The notes: generated by a model from the letters alone, not told the origin. A stretch of DNA of 64,000 nucleotides from an uncultured Chloroflexia bacterium (GCA_963697415.1 CAVONW010000003.1:2106706-2170705); one strand, 5' to 3'; positions 17,932 to 29,815 are shown, numbered from the stretch's first letter. Made by a program: numbers and translations.

Positions 17932-20900
17932 GTGCCCCAAGATCGGATCGTGGTTCGCGGCGCGCGCGAGCACAACCTCAAGAACATCACCCTCGAGTTC
18001 CCGCGTGACCGGCTGGTCGTGATCACCGGCCTGTCCGGGAGCGGCAAGTCGAGCCTTGCCTTCGACACCATCTACGCGGAAGGGCAGCGCCGCTACGTCG
18101 AGAGCCTGTCGGCCTACGCGCGGCAGTTCCTCGGCCAGATGGAGAAGCCGGATGTCGACCAGATCGACGGGCTATCGCCGGCGATCTCGATCGACCAGAA
18201 GGGTTCCAGCCGCAACCCCCGGTCGACCGTCGGGACCGTGACCGAGATCTACGACCACCTGCGGCTGCTGTTCGCCCGGATCGGGCACCCGCACTGCCCC
18301 GCCTGCGGGCGCGAGATCGAGCGCCAGACGGTGCAGCAGATCGTGGACCAGGTCCTGGCAATGCCCGAAGGGACGCGCCTCCTGGTGCTCGGGCCGCTCA
18401 TCAAGGACCGCAAGACCGAGGGGGACCGGGTCTTCGAAGCGGCCCGGAAGCAGGGGTTTGTCCGTGTCCGCGTCGACGGGCAGACGTACGACCTGGCCGA
18501 TGCCCCGACGCTCGACAAGTACAAGCGCCACTCGATCGAGGTCGTCGTGGATCGCTTTGTCGTGCGCCGCGCGGATGCTCCCGCGGAGTGGGCACGCGAC
18601 GCGTTCGGCCACCCGATCGATCCCTCGACCGGTGAGGCGATTCCGGACTCCGATGCGCCTCGGCTCGCGGATTCCATCGAGACCGCGCTGCGACTCGGCG
18701 AAGGAGTCGTGCTCGTCGCGCCCGCGTCACGCGAGGACGCGCCCCCGGACTTTGAGGAGCGCCGCTACTCCGAGCGGTACTCGTGCCCGTATGACGGGAC
18801 GACGATCGACGAGCTCGAACCGCGGAGCTTCTCGTTCAACTCGCCCCACGGCGCATGCGCCACCTGCACCGGTCTCGGCGTCCGCCTGGAGATTGATCCG
18901 GACCTCGTCATCCCGGATCGCTCGAAGAGCGTCCTCCAGGGTGCGGTCGTGCCCTGGTCTCGCATGCCCACCGATGCCTCCTGGCGAATGAAGATCACCG
19001 AGGCCGTGTTCGGGGCCCACGGCTGGGACGCGGCCGCACCCGTGCGTGACCTGCCGCCCGACGCGGTCGCGCACCTCCTGCGGGCCGCCAAGGACGAGAA
19101 GGTCGTCATCCGCTACCAGCACGCACGGGGCGAGAACACGTACATGGCGGCCTTCGAGGGCGTCGTGACCAACCTCGAGCGTCGCTACCGGGAGACGGAC
19201 TCCGAGTACATCAAGACCGAACTCGAGAAGTACATGGTCGAGCGGCCCTGCCCGAAGTGCAACGGCAAGCGGCTACGGCCTGAAGCGCTTGCGGTGACCG
19301 TCGACGGACGGGACATCTCGACGGTCTCGGACCTGTCGATCACGGACGCGTTCGCCTGGGCCGAGGACCTCGCCGACCGCGTGACCGAGCGCGAGCGGAC
19401 GATCGCCTACCAGGTGCTCAAGGAGATCCGGGCCCGGCTCGGGTTCCTCGTCGATGTCGGGCTCGACTACCTGACCATCAACCGCACAAGCCAGACCCTG
19501 TCCGGCGGCGAGGCCCAGCGGATCCGCCTCGCGACCCAGATCGGGACGACGCTGATGGGCGTCCTGTACATCCTCGACGAACCGTCCATCGGCCTTCACC
19601 AGCGTGACAACGCCAAGCTCATCGCGACGCTGACGCGGCTGCGCGACCTCGGCAACACCGTGCTCGTGGTCGAACACGACGAGGAGACGATCCGGACGGC
19701 CGACTGGGTCATCGACATCGGACCCGGGGCGGGGGAGCACGGCGGCGAGATCATCGCCAACGGGCCGCTCGAGGTCGTTCTCGCCGAACCACGCTCGGTC
19801 ACGGGCGCCTACCTCCGCGGGGAGCAGATGGTGCCCGTGCCGACCCACCGTCGCGAGGGTAACGGACGGCGCCTCACCATCCGCGGCGCGCGGGCTCACA
19901 ACCTGCGCAGCGTCGACCTCTCGGTCCGGCTCGGCACGTTCACGGCGGTCACGGGGGTTTCCGGCAGCGGGAAGTCCACGCTCGTGACCGAGGTCCTCTA
20001 TCGGGCTCTCGCGCGCGAGCTACATGGGGCTCGCGCCACGCCCGGGGCGCACGAGGCGCTCGAGGGTGCCGAGCACGTGGACAAGATCATCGAGATCGAC
20101 CAGAGCCCCATCGGCCGCACGCCGCGCTCGAATCCGGCGACATACACGGGCCTGTTCGGCACGATCCGGGAGCTTTTTGCCGCGACACCCGAAGCTCGTG
20201 TCCGCGGCTACCTGCCCGGCCGCTTCTCATTCAATGTGAAGGGTGGCCGCTGCGAGAACTGCAAGGGTGACGGGATCATCAAGATCGAGATGCAGTTCCT
20301 GCCGGATGTCTACGTGCCGTGCGAGGTCTGCAAGAGCAAGCGCTACAACCGCGAAGCGCTCGAGATCCACTACAAGGGGCGCTCGATCGCCGATGTCCTC
20401 GAGATGACGGTGGCCGAGGCCGTCGAGTTCTTCGGGGCCGTGCCGGCCATCGCGAACAAGCTCCGGACGCTCAACGACGTCGGGCTCGGCTACATCCACC
20501 TTGGCCAGCCGGCGACGACGCTGTCGGGCGGCGAGGCACAGCGGGTGAAGCTGTCGACCGAGCTGTCAAAACGGGCCACGGGCAAGACGCTGTACGTCCT
20601 CGACGAACCGACGACCGGACTCCACTTCGCCGACGTCGAGAAGCTCCTCCAGGTTCTGCATCGGCTCGTGGACGCGGGCAATACGGTCCTCGTCATCGAG
20701 CACAACCTGGACGTCATCAAGACCGCCGACTGGATCGTGGATCTCGGGCCCGAAGGTGGGGCGCGCGGCGGCCAGATCATCGCCGAGGGTCCGCCCGAAG
20801 TCGTCGCCGCGATCGACGAATCGGCGACCGGCGAGTACCTCGCGCGCGTGCTCCGCGGCGAACCCGTCGTGCCGCTCTCGCATGTCCCGTTCGCGGAGGA

Positions 20901-20997
20901 GGCCGGTCGGCGGCGGAAGGCAGCGGCCGGCAAGAGCGCCAGGTCGAGTGATCCCTCGGCGCGCGAGGAGGCGATCGCCGCGCGCGGCCGTGGCTGA
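17932..20997 (+). CDS. uvrA: excinuclease ABC subunit A (UvrA)
   Basis: Start at GTG 17932 gives [18 protein letters not shown]. Two ABC ATPase modules and zinc-finger cysteines ([24 protein letters not shown]) are present. Confidence 0.95.
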   Translation: MPQDRIVVRGAREHNLKNITLEFPRDRLVVITGLSGSGKSSLAFDTIYAEGQRRYVESLSAYARQFLGQMEKPDVDQIDGLSPAISIDQKGSSRNPRSTVGTVTEIYDHLRLLFARIGHPHCPACGREIERQTVQQIVDQVLAMPEGTRLLVLGPLIKDRKTEGDRVFEAARKQGFVRVRVDGQTYDLADAPTLDKYKRHSIEVVVDRFVVRRADAPAEWARDAFGHPIDPSTGEAIPDSDAPRLADSIETALRLGEGVVLVAPASREDAPPDFEERRYSERYSCPYDGTTIDELEPRSFSFNSPHGACATCTGLGVRLEIDPDLVIPDRSKSVLQGAVVPWSRMPTDASWRMKITEAVFGAHGWDAAAPVRDLPPDAVAHLLRAAKDEKVVIRYQHARGENTYMAAFEGVVTNLERRYRETDSEYIKTELEKYMVERPCPKCNGKRLRPEALAVTVDGRDISTVSDLSITDAFAWAEDLADRVTERERTIAYQVLKEIRARLGFLVDVGLDYLTINRTSQTLSGGEAQRIRLATQIGTTLMGVLYILDEPSIGLHQRDNAKLIATLTRLRDLGNTVLVVEHDEETIRTADWVIDIGPGAGEHGGEIIANGPLEVVLAEPRSVTGAYLRGEQMVPVPTHRREGNGRRLTIRGARAHNLRSVDLSVRLGTFTAVTGVSGSGKSTLVTEVLYRALARELHGARATPGAHEALEGAEHVDKIIEIDQSPIGRTPRSNPATYTGLFGTIRELFAATPEARVRGYLPGRFSFNVKGGRCENCKGDGIIKIEMQFLPDVYVPCEVCKSKRYNREALEIHYKGRSIADVLEMTVAEAVEFFGAVPAIANKLRTLNDVGLGYIHLGQPATTLSGGEAQRVKLSTELSKRATGKTLYVLDEPTTGLHFADVEKLLQVLHRLVDAGNTVLVIEHNLDVIKTADWIVDLGPEGGARGGQIIAEGPPEVVAAIDESATGEYLARVLRGEPVVPLSHVPFAEEAGRRRKAAAGKSARSSDPSAREEAIAARGRG

Positions 20998-21011
20998 ACC
21001 CTCGGCACGTC

Positions 21012-21344
21012 GTGGCTGAGCGCGATAGCCTGCCTGCGCGGCACGAGACGCCGGAGATCGACGCCGCGGCCCTGGCAGTGGCTCGGGCGGCGGATATCCT
21101 GCTCGCGGCGGCGGTCGAAGTTGGCTCGGAGCGCTGGGCGCGCTATCTGGCCACCATGCCGGACCGCTTCCGTGACGACCCGATCCCGTCGTTGCGAGCC
21201 GCCGCCCGTGCCGGTCGTTCCGCCTTCGGGCCGAAGGACTCCATTCGGGACACGCTGCCCGAGTCGGCCACGGAGCCGTTCCTTGCCGCCGTCGACCGGC
21301 TCCTCAAGTTGATCGCTCGCTGGGAGGTCCACCGAGGCGCCTGA
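21012..21344 (+). CDS. hypothetical protein
   Basis: 110-aa ORF with GTG start and no recognisable motif. It converges on the ICMT-like gene. Confidence 0.3.
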   Translation: MAERDSLPARHETPEIDAAALAVARAADILLAAAVEVGSERWARYLATMPDRFRDDPIPSLRAAARAGRSAFGPKDSIRDTLPESATEPFLAAVDRLLKLIARWEVHRGA

Positions 21345-21360
21345 AGCGCTGCGCTGCGAC

Positions 21361-21849
21361 CTACCAGATCCACGGGATCAGGCTGCGCGTGCGGGCGCGG
21401 TAGGCCTCGTAGTCGGGGAAACGGGCGGCGAGCCAGGCCTCCTCGCGGCGGCGCTTGAGATCGAAGAACACGAGAAGGATGGCGGCGCCGGCAAGCGTGG
21501 CGACGGATCCGCGCAGTAGCCCCCAGCCGATGGCGCCAAGCACGATCGCGCCGTAGATCGGATGGCGCACGAGCCGGTATGCACCGGCCTCCACGAGACG
21601 CGCCCCGTCGCGCGGATGTGGAACCGCCGTCAGGGCGTCACCGGCCTGTAACCCGGCGAGTCCGGCCACTCCGAGGGCGGCGGCTGCCACGATGACCAGG
21701 CCGCCGGCCCCCGCGCCGAGCATCGCGCCCGGGCCCGTCCATCCGCCGGGGAGGGTGATCCCCGCGATGGCGATCACCGCGAACAGCACGATCTGGATGG
21801 CGACCCAGCCCTCGCCACGAGGGCCCAGCGCCGGCAGGCGAGAAGACAC
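21361..21849 (-). CDS. isoprenylcysteine carboxyl methyltransferase (ICMT)/phospholipid methyltransferase-family membrane protein
   Basis: C-terminal ..GAYRLVRHPIYGAIVLGAIGW...FFDLKRRREEAWLAARFPDYEAYRARTRSLIPWIW matches the ICMT/PEMT family consensus. Several TM helices are present. Confidence 0.6.
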   Translation of the reverse strand: MSSRLPALGPRGEGWVAIQIVLFAVIAIAGITLPGGWTGPGAMLGAGAGGLVIVAAAALGVAGLAGLQAGDALTAVPHPRDGARLVEAGAYRLVRHPIYGAIVLGAIGWGLLRGSVATLAGAAILLVFFDLKRRREEAWLAARFPDYEAYRARTRSLIPWIW

Positions 21850-21858
21850 CCGGAGATC

Positions 21859-23469
21859 CTACGCCGCGGGCCCGAGCTCCCATGGATCGAAGGCCTCGTG
21901 GAGGAACTGGGACGGCGCGTCCGGGTCGTAGACCAGCGTCAGCGAACGTCGTGCGCGTGTCCACGCAACGTAGGCGAGTCGGCGCTCCTCCTCGAGCGCG
22001 CGCTCCGGATCCTCGGCGTCTGCGATGGAGCGGGCGCTCGGAAAGCGTCCCGCATCAAGTCCGATGACGGCGACGTGATCGAACTCGAGGCCCTTTGTCC
22101 CGTGCGCGGTGGCGAGGGTCAGCGCCGCTTCGTCACGACGGAGCCGAGCCAGGCGGCCGCGCACCTCCTCGATCGCGGCGCTGAGCGCCGGGAGGTCACG
22201 CTGGGCCGGGGCCCAGGCGAGCAACGCCTCGGCCGCCTCGCTGCGCTCGTCGTTCGCCTGCGTGCCTGCTTCCGCGCGAACTTGCGCCAGCCGGACGAGC
22301 AGCGGAGCATCGCCCGGGATAGCACGAGCCCGCTGGAGCAACTGATCGACCTGCGGTGACTCAACGATGAGCTGGAGATCCCCGGCACGGAACGGGACGT
22401 CCAGGGCGAGGCACGCGACGATCGCCGGCAACAGCTCACGGTTCGTGCGGGCGAGGATCGCGCGCGCGCCGTCGTCCTCGGGCCACGACTGAAGGACGGC
22501 AGCGCATCCGGCGCCGGCGTCTGCCCTTGACGGTGCGAGGATCAACGGTCCGGGCGCCTCGGGCCGTGCCCGGATCACCTTCACGAATCGCTCTCGGTTG
22601 TGCTCAATGAGGCGAACTGCTCGGCCGATGACCGTCGCCGGGCATCGGTAGTTCGTCACGAGATCCACCCGCCAGAGTCCCGGCAGGGCGGTCTCGGCCA
22701 GGCCGAGCAGGCGCCGAACGTCGGCGAGGCGCCAGCCGTAGATCGACTGATCGTCGTCGCCCACGAGGAAGATCTGGTTGGCCGGTGCCGCCAGCAGGAG
22801 CGCCATCCGGAGCTGCATCCGATCCAGATCCTGGGCTTCGTCCACCAGGAGGTGGACGCATCGGGCGCGCCACCGCGCGAGGATGTCTGGGCGCTGTTCG
22901 AGCAGACGCACGCCCCGGACGACGAGGTCGTCGAAGTCGAGTCCGCCTGCGGCGGCGATCGCTCGCTCGTACGCCACGAACGCCCGGGCGATCGGCCCGG
23001 CCTGCGGGTCGGCCGCGACCTCCTCTACGTCCACCGCCAGGTCCAGCTTGAACCGCGAGATCACGTTGTCGAGGCGCCGGAGCTCGGCGAGCTCAGCGGT
23101 CGGGAGCACGGATCGGAGGACTGTCTCGCGGTCCATAAGCGGAGCGACCGGTCCGCCGGCGTCACGCAGCATCTCGAGACCGAGCGCGTGGAAAGTCCGG
23201 ACGCGGACGGGATCCGCGCTCACGGGCATGGCTCCCGCGAGCCGCTCGGTCAATTCCTCGGCCGCGCGGCGGTTGAACGTGACCGCGGTGATCGTCGCCG
23301 CATCGGCGCCGCCATCCACCAGCCACGCGATCCGCGCCACGAGCGTCGTCGTCTTCCCGCTCCCAGCCGGCGCCACACACAGCACCGGACCGGGTGGGGC
23401 CGTCGCGGCCGCGCGCTGGTCCGGGGCAAGCCGGTCGAGCCGCTGTTGAACCGATGCGCCGTGGGCCAC
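21859..23469 (-). CDS. UvrD/Rep/PcrA-family (superfamily 1) DNA helicase, compact 536-aa form
   Basis: PVLCVAPAGSGKTTTLVARIAWLV (Walker A), ...LLVDEAQDLD (motif II), and C-terminal ..TLATAHGTKGLEFDHVAVIGL...RRLAYVAWTRARRSL (motifs V/VI). Confidence 0.8.
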   Translation of the reverse strand: MAHGASVQQRLDRLAPDQRAAATAPPGPVLCVAPAGSGKTTTLVARIAWLVDGGADAATITAVTFNRRAAEELTERLAGAMPVSADPVRVRTFHALGLEMLRDAGGPVAPLMDRETVLRSVLPTAELAELRRLDNVISRFKLDLAVDVEEVAADPQAGPIARAFVAYERAIAAAGGLDFDDLVVRGVRLLEQRPDILARWRARCVHLLVDEAQDLDRMQLRMALLLAAPANQIFLVGDDDQSIYGWRLADVRRLLGLAETALPGLWRVDLVTNYRCPATVIGRAVRLIEHNRERFVKVIRARPEAPGPLILAPSRADAGAGCAAVLQSWPEDDGARAILARTNRELLPAIVACLALDVPFRAGDLQLIVESPQVDQLLQRARAIPGDAPLLVRLAQVRAEAGTQANDERSEAAEALLAWAPAQRDLPALSAAIEEVRGRLARLRRDEAALTLATAHGTKGLEFDHVAVIGLDAGRFPSARSIADAEDPERALEEERRLAYVAWTRARRSLTLVYDPDAPSQFLHEAFDPWELGPAA

Positions 23470-23609
23470 GCTTGAATCTCTCAGAAGGCGCTTGTCACCT
23501 GCTCACTGCTCGATCATCTGCGAAACACCTGATTTTCACCGCGCGATTGCCATGCCCGCGTGTCACCATGCGGCTCGACGGGCGCGAACGGTTCGGGTAG
23601 GAGAACTGA

Positions 23610-25607
23610 ATGGCGACGCCGGCCATCCTCGAAGTAGCGGCTCACAGTCTCGCCGCGGTCCTGGGGATCTGGTTGGGTCTGACCGTCGTGACCCGCGCGG
23701 CATCTACCGCCTCGCGGGTCTTCGCGCTGCTCTCACTGTCGGTCGCGACGTGGAGCAGCAGCGTTATCGTGCAGCGCCTCTCGATATCGGCAGCCGCCGG
23801 CACGGCCGGCCACTTCATCGAAGAGCTCATGGCGGCCCTCGCGATTGCAGCCACGGCCCATTTCTCTCTGGCGATTGCGTCCGAGGGGTTCCCGACGACT
23901 GGTCGGCGCCGGGTGATCCTGGGCATCTACCTTGCGAACCTCGTGTTCGCTGCGCCGACGATCCTCAAGACGGTCACGGAGCCGCCCCAGCTGACATCCG
24001 AACCGCTGGTGGGGTCACTGTTCTTCTGGGGCTGGGTCGCCGTCCGGCTTGGTGCGCTCGCCACCGGAGCATTCTGGCTGGGACAGGCCTTGCGGGTGGC
24101 GTCGGCCGGCAGCCTGCGGAGTCGTCAACTCCGGGCCGCGCTTGCCACGGTCGCGACCGGGGGTGTCGGCGGAGCAATGCGGTTCATTCCGGTCATCGGC
24201 GACCTTGACGCCTGGATCGGAGTCTCACTCGTGGCCCTTGGCGTGGTGTTCGCGGCGTATGCGGTCTTCTCGGCGGGCATCTTCTTTGGGCCGGCGGTGG
24301 CGGGACGGGCATTCCGGTCGTCACTGGTCGGCGGGTTCGGCCTCTTCCTGGTGCTCGCCATGGTCCTCGGGGTTGAGACGGCGAGCCGCAATGCCACCGG
24401 CCTCGATCTGCCGGTCTTCACGGCGATGGCCCTGATCATGGCGGTCACGCTGCGTGACCCGGTATCCCGGCGACTCCGAGAGCGGCTGAGTGGCGATGGA
24501 CCGCGATCGGCCGCGCGCCGCCGTCTGCTCCTGGCGCTCGGCCAGCCGGGCTTGACCGCACATCCGGCCGAAGCCAGCGTCCTGCCTGCCCTTGACCGGC
24601 TCGCGCGAGCCCTCGATGTTGTCGGTCTCACGGTGGTCCGATCTGATGGCTCGATCGTCGCCACGGAGGGGCTGGGTGGGCGGCTCGGCGGGATCGAGCC
24701 GATTCCGCTCGTGTCGAACGGCGAGCTTCTCGGAGAGCTGAGAATCGGCGATACGGTCACCGGCGCTGCCCTCAGTGCCCACGACGAGGACCTGCTACGA
24801 ATGTCCGCCGCCTACGTCGCCGCTGCTCTCCGAACCGGTCGCCGTGAGGACGAGCAGATGGAACGGCTGGCCACCCTGGCCGCCGAGCGCGCCGCCGTCC
24901 AGTCCCAGGCTGAGACGCTCCACGCCGCCCTCCTCCAGCACGCCGATGCCCCGGCCGGGCTCCGCATCCATGCCCTCGGGCCGCTGCATGTCGAGCGCCT
25001 GGGTCAGTCGATCGAGCGCTGGGGTGGGGACAAGGCAGGCACGCGCCAGGCCCAGGGCCTGTTCGCCTTCCTGTTCGATCGGGGCGAGCGAGGCGTGACC
25101 AAGGACGAAGCGCTCGAGCTGATCTGGCCCGACACGGACATCGAGCGAGCTGACCTGGCCTTCCACCGGACCATGGTCGGCCTCCGCCAGACGCTGGATG
25201 CGCGCCGCGGCGGACGCACAAGCGGGACAATCCGCTTCCACAACGACCGGTATCGGCTGGACCCGGAGATCGTCGAGTGGTCGGATGTGCGGACGTTCCT
25301 GGCCCGGCTGGATGCCGCCAAGGCCGCGCCGGACGCGTCGGAGCGCCTCGCGCTCCTCGAGGAGGCGCGAGAGCTCTACCGCGGCGACTACATGGACGAC
25401 TGCCCGTTCTACGGCGACAGCGTCGAGGTCGAGGAACAGCGCGCGCATCTGCGAGCACGGGCCACGGACCTCCGCGTCGCGATCGGTGAGGCCTACGAGG
25501 CGTCGGGAGATCGGTTGTCCGCTGCCGCGGCCTTCCGGGAGGCGATTCGCGGCAACCCCGACGGATGCCCTCCGGCCGAGGCCGGCCTGGTTCGACTGGG
25601 GCTCTGA
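23610..25607 (+). CDS. membrane-anchored SARP-family regulator: N-terminal polytopic (about 7 TM) domain + central region + OmpR/PhoB-type winged helix + BTAD (bacterial transcriptional activation) domain
   Basis: About 250 aa of hydrophobic helices come first. Then ..LRIHALGPLHVERLGQSIERWGGDKAGTRQAQGLFAFLFDRGERGVTKDEALELIWPD.. is a SARP wHTH. Then ..WSDVRTFLARLDAAKA...LLEEARELYRGDYMDDCPFYGDSVEVEEQRAHLRARATDLRVAIGEAYEASGDRLSAAAAFREAI is the BTAD/TPR-like domain. Confidence 0.7.
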   Translation: MATPAILEVAAHSLAAVLGIWLGLTVVTRAASTASRVFALLSLSVATWSSSVIVQRLSISAAAGTAGHFIEELMAALAIAATAHFSLAIASEGFPTTGRRRVILGIYLANLVFAAPTILKTVTEPPQLTSEPLVGSLFFWGWVAVRLGALATGAFWLGQALRVASAGSLRSRQLRAALATVATGGVGGAMRFIPVIGDLDAWIGVSLVALGVVFAAYAVFSAGIFFGPAVAGRAFRSSLVGGFGLFLVLAMVLGVETASRNATGLDLPVFTAMALIMAVTLRDPVSRRLRERLSGDGPRSAARRRLLLALGQPGLTAHPAEASVLPALDRLARALDVVGLTVVRSDGSIVATEGLGGRLGGIEPIPLVSNGELLGELRIGDTVTGAALSAHDEDLLRMSAAYVAAALRTGRREDEQMERLATLAAERAAVQSQAETLHAALLQHADAPAGLRIHALGPLHVERLGQSIERWGGDKAGTRQAQGLFAFLFDRGERGVTKDEALELIWPDTDIERADLAFHRTMVGLRQTLDARRGGRTSGTIRFHNDRYRLDPEIVEWSDVRTFLARLDAAKAAPDASERLALLEEARELYRGDYMDDCPFYGDSVEVEEQRAHLRARATDLRVAIGEAYEASGDRLSAAAAFREAIRGNPDGCPPAEAGLVRLGL

Positions 25608-25618
25608 GCGGCCCGAGC

Positions 25619-25653
25619 GGCGCCGCAGTGGCGCCGCAGTGGCGCCGCAGTGG
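25619..25653. repeat. three perfect tandem 11-bp direct repeats (GGCGCCGCAGT)x3 + GG, upstream of the ECF sigma gene
   Basis: Read directly: gagcGGCGCCGCAGTGGCGCCGCAGTGGCGCCGCAGTGGtcg. A candidate -10 (CAGATT, 25662-25667) lies about 8-10 bp downstream, and the ECF start is at 25702. Confidence 0.7.
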
Positions 25654-25701
25654 TCGTCTGCCAGATTGCGGGCGTCCATCTCCCGCTCCCGGAGACGATC
25701 G

Positions 25702-26244
25702 ATGTTCAGCAGCGTGATCCAGTACCCGGCACGAGCGCCGCGCTCATCTGCCGCGCAGTTCGTCGATGACGCCCATCGCCAGCACTCGGCGATGACCTAC
25801 GCGGTTGCCATGCGCGCCACGCGGGATCCGGAGGTCGCCGCGGATGTGACGCAGGAGGCGTTCCTCCGGCTGCTCAGCGAGGCGGGCCAGGGTCGCCGTC
25901 CAGACAACGTCGGAGCCTGGCTCTGCCGTGCCGCCATGAACGTCGTGATCAGTCGAGCGCGCCGAGCGACGGTCGCCCGCAGGTACGCGCCCCGACTCCT
26001 CGACCACTCCACGCCCGAGCAGCCCGACACGATCGCCGTGGTCCGAGAGAGCCGCAGTGAACTGGTCGCTGCCCTGGCCGTACTCCGGCCGGCAGAGCGC
26101 ACGGCACTGATCCTCGCGGCGCAGGGTGTCACCGGGCCCGAGATCGCCCGTCACCTCGGACGGACGCACGGCGCCACGCGCGCGCTCATGTGTCGAGCCC
26201 GCACCCGACTCCGTGCCTCGGTCGCTGGAGGTTGCGCGGCCTGA
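25702..26244 (+). CDS. ECF (sigma-70 family) RNA polymerase sigma factor
   Basis: MFSSVIQ..., region 2 (RDPEVAADVTQEAFLRLL) and region 4 (LRPAERTALILAAQGVTGPEIARHLGRTHGATRALMCRARTRLR). GGAG RBS at 25691. The ORF-track entry 25198..26244 is the 5'-extended form overlapping the SARP gene. Confidence 0.75.
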   Translation: MFSSVIQYPARAPRSSAAQFVDDAHRQHSAMTYAVAMRATRDPEVAADVTQEAFLRLLSEAGQGRRPDNVGAWLCRAAMNVVISRARRATVARRYAPRLLDHSTPEQPDTIAVVRESRSELVAALAVLRPAERTALILAAQGVTGPEIARHLGRTHGATRALMCRARTRLRASVAGGCAA

Positions 26245-26472
26245 GGCGGTCCGGCGTTCGCCAAGACGACCAGCGTGCCTCTGGGTTCAGAAGGCAGATG
26301 GCCCGGACAACCTCGCCCCGTTCGGCACGCCCGACTGGACCTGGAAGCGCGAGGGCGGTCAGCTCCAACTGTTCATGGATGAAGCACCTCGCCTCCTGGG
26401 CCTGGAGACGACGTCGCCGCGATTGCGACAGCGTCACGCCTGACTCGTCACTCCCCGCCGTAGGATTGCGGC

Positions 26473-28374
26473 GTGCCCCAGACCCTCCCCACGGCCCTCG
26501 CTGCGACCCTCAAGAACCTGCCCGATCGGCCGGGCGTGTACCTGATGAAGGACGCGCGCGGGAACGTGATCTACGTCGGCAAGGCCCAGAGCTTGCGGAG
26601 CCGTGTTCGGAGCTACTGGCAGAAGGAGGCGCCCGGGGGCGAGATCCACCGGATCCGGAGCGTCATCGACAAGGTCGCCGACCTCGAATACACCCTGACC
26701 GACTCGATCTCCGAGGCTCTCCTCCTCGAGGGCAACCTCATCAAACGGTTCCAACCGTCGTTCAACGTGCGCCTCAAGGACGACAAGTCCTACCCGTACA
26801 TCAAGGTCACACTGGCCGACGACTTCCCACGCATCGAGCGCACCCGCAAGCTGCCGCAGGACGGCAGCCGCTACTTCGGGCCGTACGCGTCGGCGTCCAG
26901 TGTGGACGAGGCGATGAACCTGGTCCGCCGGCTCTTCCCGTTCCGGACCTGCGCCATCGACATCAAGGATGGCGAGCGGGCCCTCCAGCGTCCGTGCCTC
27001 CTGTATCACATCAAGCGCTGCCAGGGCCCGTGCATCGAGGCCGTGACGAAGGACACCTACCGCGCCGACATCGCGCAGGTGGAACTCTTTCTGGAGGGCC
27101 GCCAGGAGTCCGTCGCGGACGCGCTGCGCCACGAGATGTCCCAAGCCTCCGAACGGATGGACTACGAGCGTGCCGCGGCCATTAGGGACAAGGTCCGGGC
27201 CATCGAACGGACGATGGAGAGCCAGAAGATGGCCGCCTTCGCCCGGACGGATCTCGATCTCGTCGGTCTCGCCCGGCAGGACAATCAGGCGGCGGTACAG
27301 CTGTTCGTCATCCGCGACGGCAAGGCCGTCGGGCGCGACGTCTTCATGCTGGCGTCCCCGCGCGACACGACGGATGAGGAAGTCCTTTCCGGCTTTCTGC
27401 TCCAGTACTACGCCCGTGCGACGAACGTTCCGCGCGAGGTTGCGGTCCCGCGTCAGCTCCAAGACGCCGAGGATCTGGAGCGCTTCCTGACGGACCGCCG
27501 GGCCGCGATCGCAACCACCACGGGCGGCGGCGCCCGAAAGACCGCCGCGGTCCGCCTCCACGCCCCCCGGCGGGGCGAGCGGCGGGCGCTCATGACCCTC
27601 GCGACCCGCAACGCAGCCGAGATGCTCGCGCGCGAGCAGGTTCGGTGGCTCGCCGACCAGGGCAAGACGCTCGGCGCACTGGAGGAGCTCGCCGCGGCCC
27701 TCGAGCTGCCGGTCCTGCCGGAACGGATCGAGTGCTACGACATCTCGACATTCCAGGGCACGAACAGCGTGGGCAGCATGGTCGTGTTCGAGGACGGCCG
27801 GCCGCGGACGGGCGAGTACCGTCGTTTCGAGATCAAGACCGTCCAGGGCCAGAGCGACGTGGCGAGCCACCAGGAGGTCCTCCGGCGCCGGTTCAGGAAC
27901 GCCAAGCTGGGCGAGGAGGGGAGTGCCGAGGAACGGCGCTGGGCGATGCCCGATTTGGTGATCGTCGACGGCGGCCGGGCCCAGGTCGGCGCGGCGAAGA
28001 TCGTCCTCGACGAGCTCGGCCTGCACGATCTTCCCTTGGCCGGACTGGCCAAGGAGCGCGAGGAGCTGGTCCTGTCGGGCCGCGCGGAGCCGGTCCTGCT
28101 GCCCACCACATCACAGGCGCTGTACCTGGTCCAGAGGCTTCGGGACGAGGCCCACCGCTTCGCGATCACCTACCACCGCAAGCTGCGGGCACGGGCGTCC
28201 GTGCGCTCGGCCTTCGACGACCTGCCCGGTATCGGGCCGCGGCGGCGCGCCGTCCTGCTCCGGACCTTCGGTTCGGTGAAGCGGATTCGCGAAGCTCCGC
28301 TTGAGCAGATTGCTGCGCTGCCGGGCATCGGACCGGCGCTTGCGGCGCGGATCAAGGACGGCCTGGAAGCCTGA
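26473..28374 (+). CDS. uvrC: excinuclease ABC subunit C (UvrC)
   Basis: GIY-YIG (PGVYLMKDARGNVIYVGKAQSLRSRVRSY), UVR domain, RNaseH-like endonuclease domain and C-terminal HhH. Confidence 0.93.
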   Translation: MPQTLPTALAATLKNLPDRPGVYLMKDARGNVIYVGKAQSLRSRVRSYWQKEAPGGEIHRIRSVIDKVADLEYTLTDSISEALLLEGNLIKRFQPSFNVRLKDDKSYPYIKVTLADDFPRIERTRKLPQDGSRYFGPYASASSVDEAMNLVRRLFPFRTCAIDIKDGERALQRPCLLYHIKRCQGPCIEAVTKDTYRADIAQVELFLEGRQESVADALRHEMSQASERMDYERAAAIRDKVRAIERTMESQKMAAFARTDLDLVGLARQDNQAAVQLFVIRDGKAVGRDVFMLASPRDTTDEEVLSGFLLQYYARATNVPREVAVPRQLQDAEDLERFLTDRRAAIATTTGGGARKTAAVRLHAPRRGERRALMTLATRNAAEMLAREQVRWLADQGKTLGALEELAAALELPVLPERIECYDISTFQGTNSVGSMVVFEDGRPRTGEYRRFEIKTVQGQSDVASHQEVLRRRFRNAKLGEEGSAEERRWAMPDLVIVDGGRAQVGAAKIVLDELGLHDLPLAGLAKEREELVLSGRAEPVLLPTTSQALYLVQRLRDEAHRFAITYHRKLRARASVRSAFDDLPGIGPRRRAVLLRTFGSVKRIREAPLEQIAALPGIGPALAARIKDGLEA

Positions 28375-28423
28375 CGGACGACTGCGGGCAGGGCGCGGCT
28401 CGCACCTGTATCATCCGCCGTCG

Positions 28424-29807
<1,384 letters not shown>

Positions 29808-29815
<8 letters not shown>

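Noticed and set aside
25619-25653. 11-bp tandem repeats as a possible CRISPR array or minisatellite
   Set aside because: Units are only 11 bp with no spacers, and there are only three copies. The spacing and position fit a transcription-factor operator, not CRISPR.
25198-25701. ORF-track ORF 25198..26244 (348 aa) overlapping the 3' end of the SARP gene
   Set aside because: Only the part from ATG 25702 has sigma-70 region 2/4 similarity. The 5' 168 codons are an out-of-frame read-through of the SARP coding region, a high-GC artefact.
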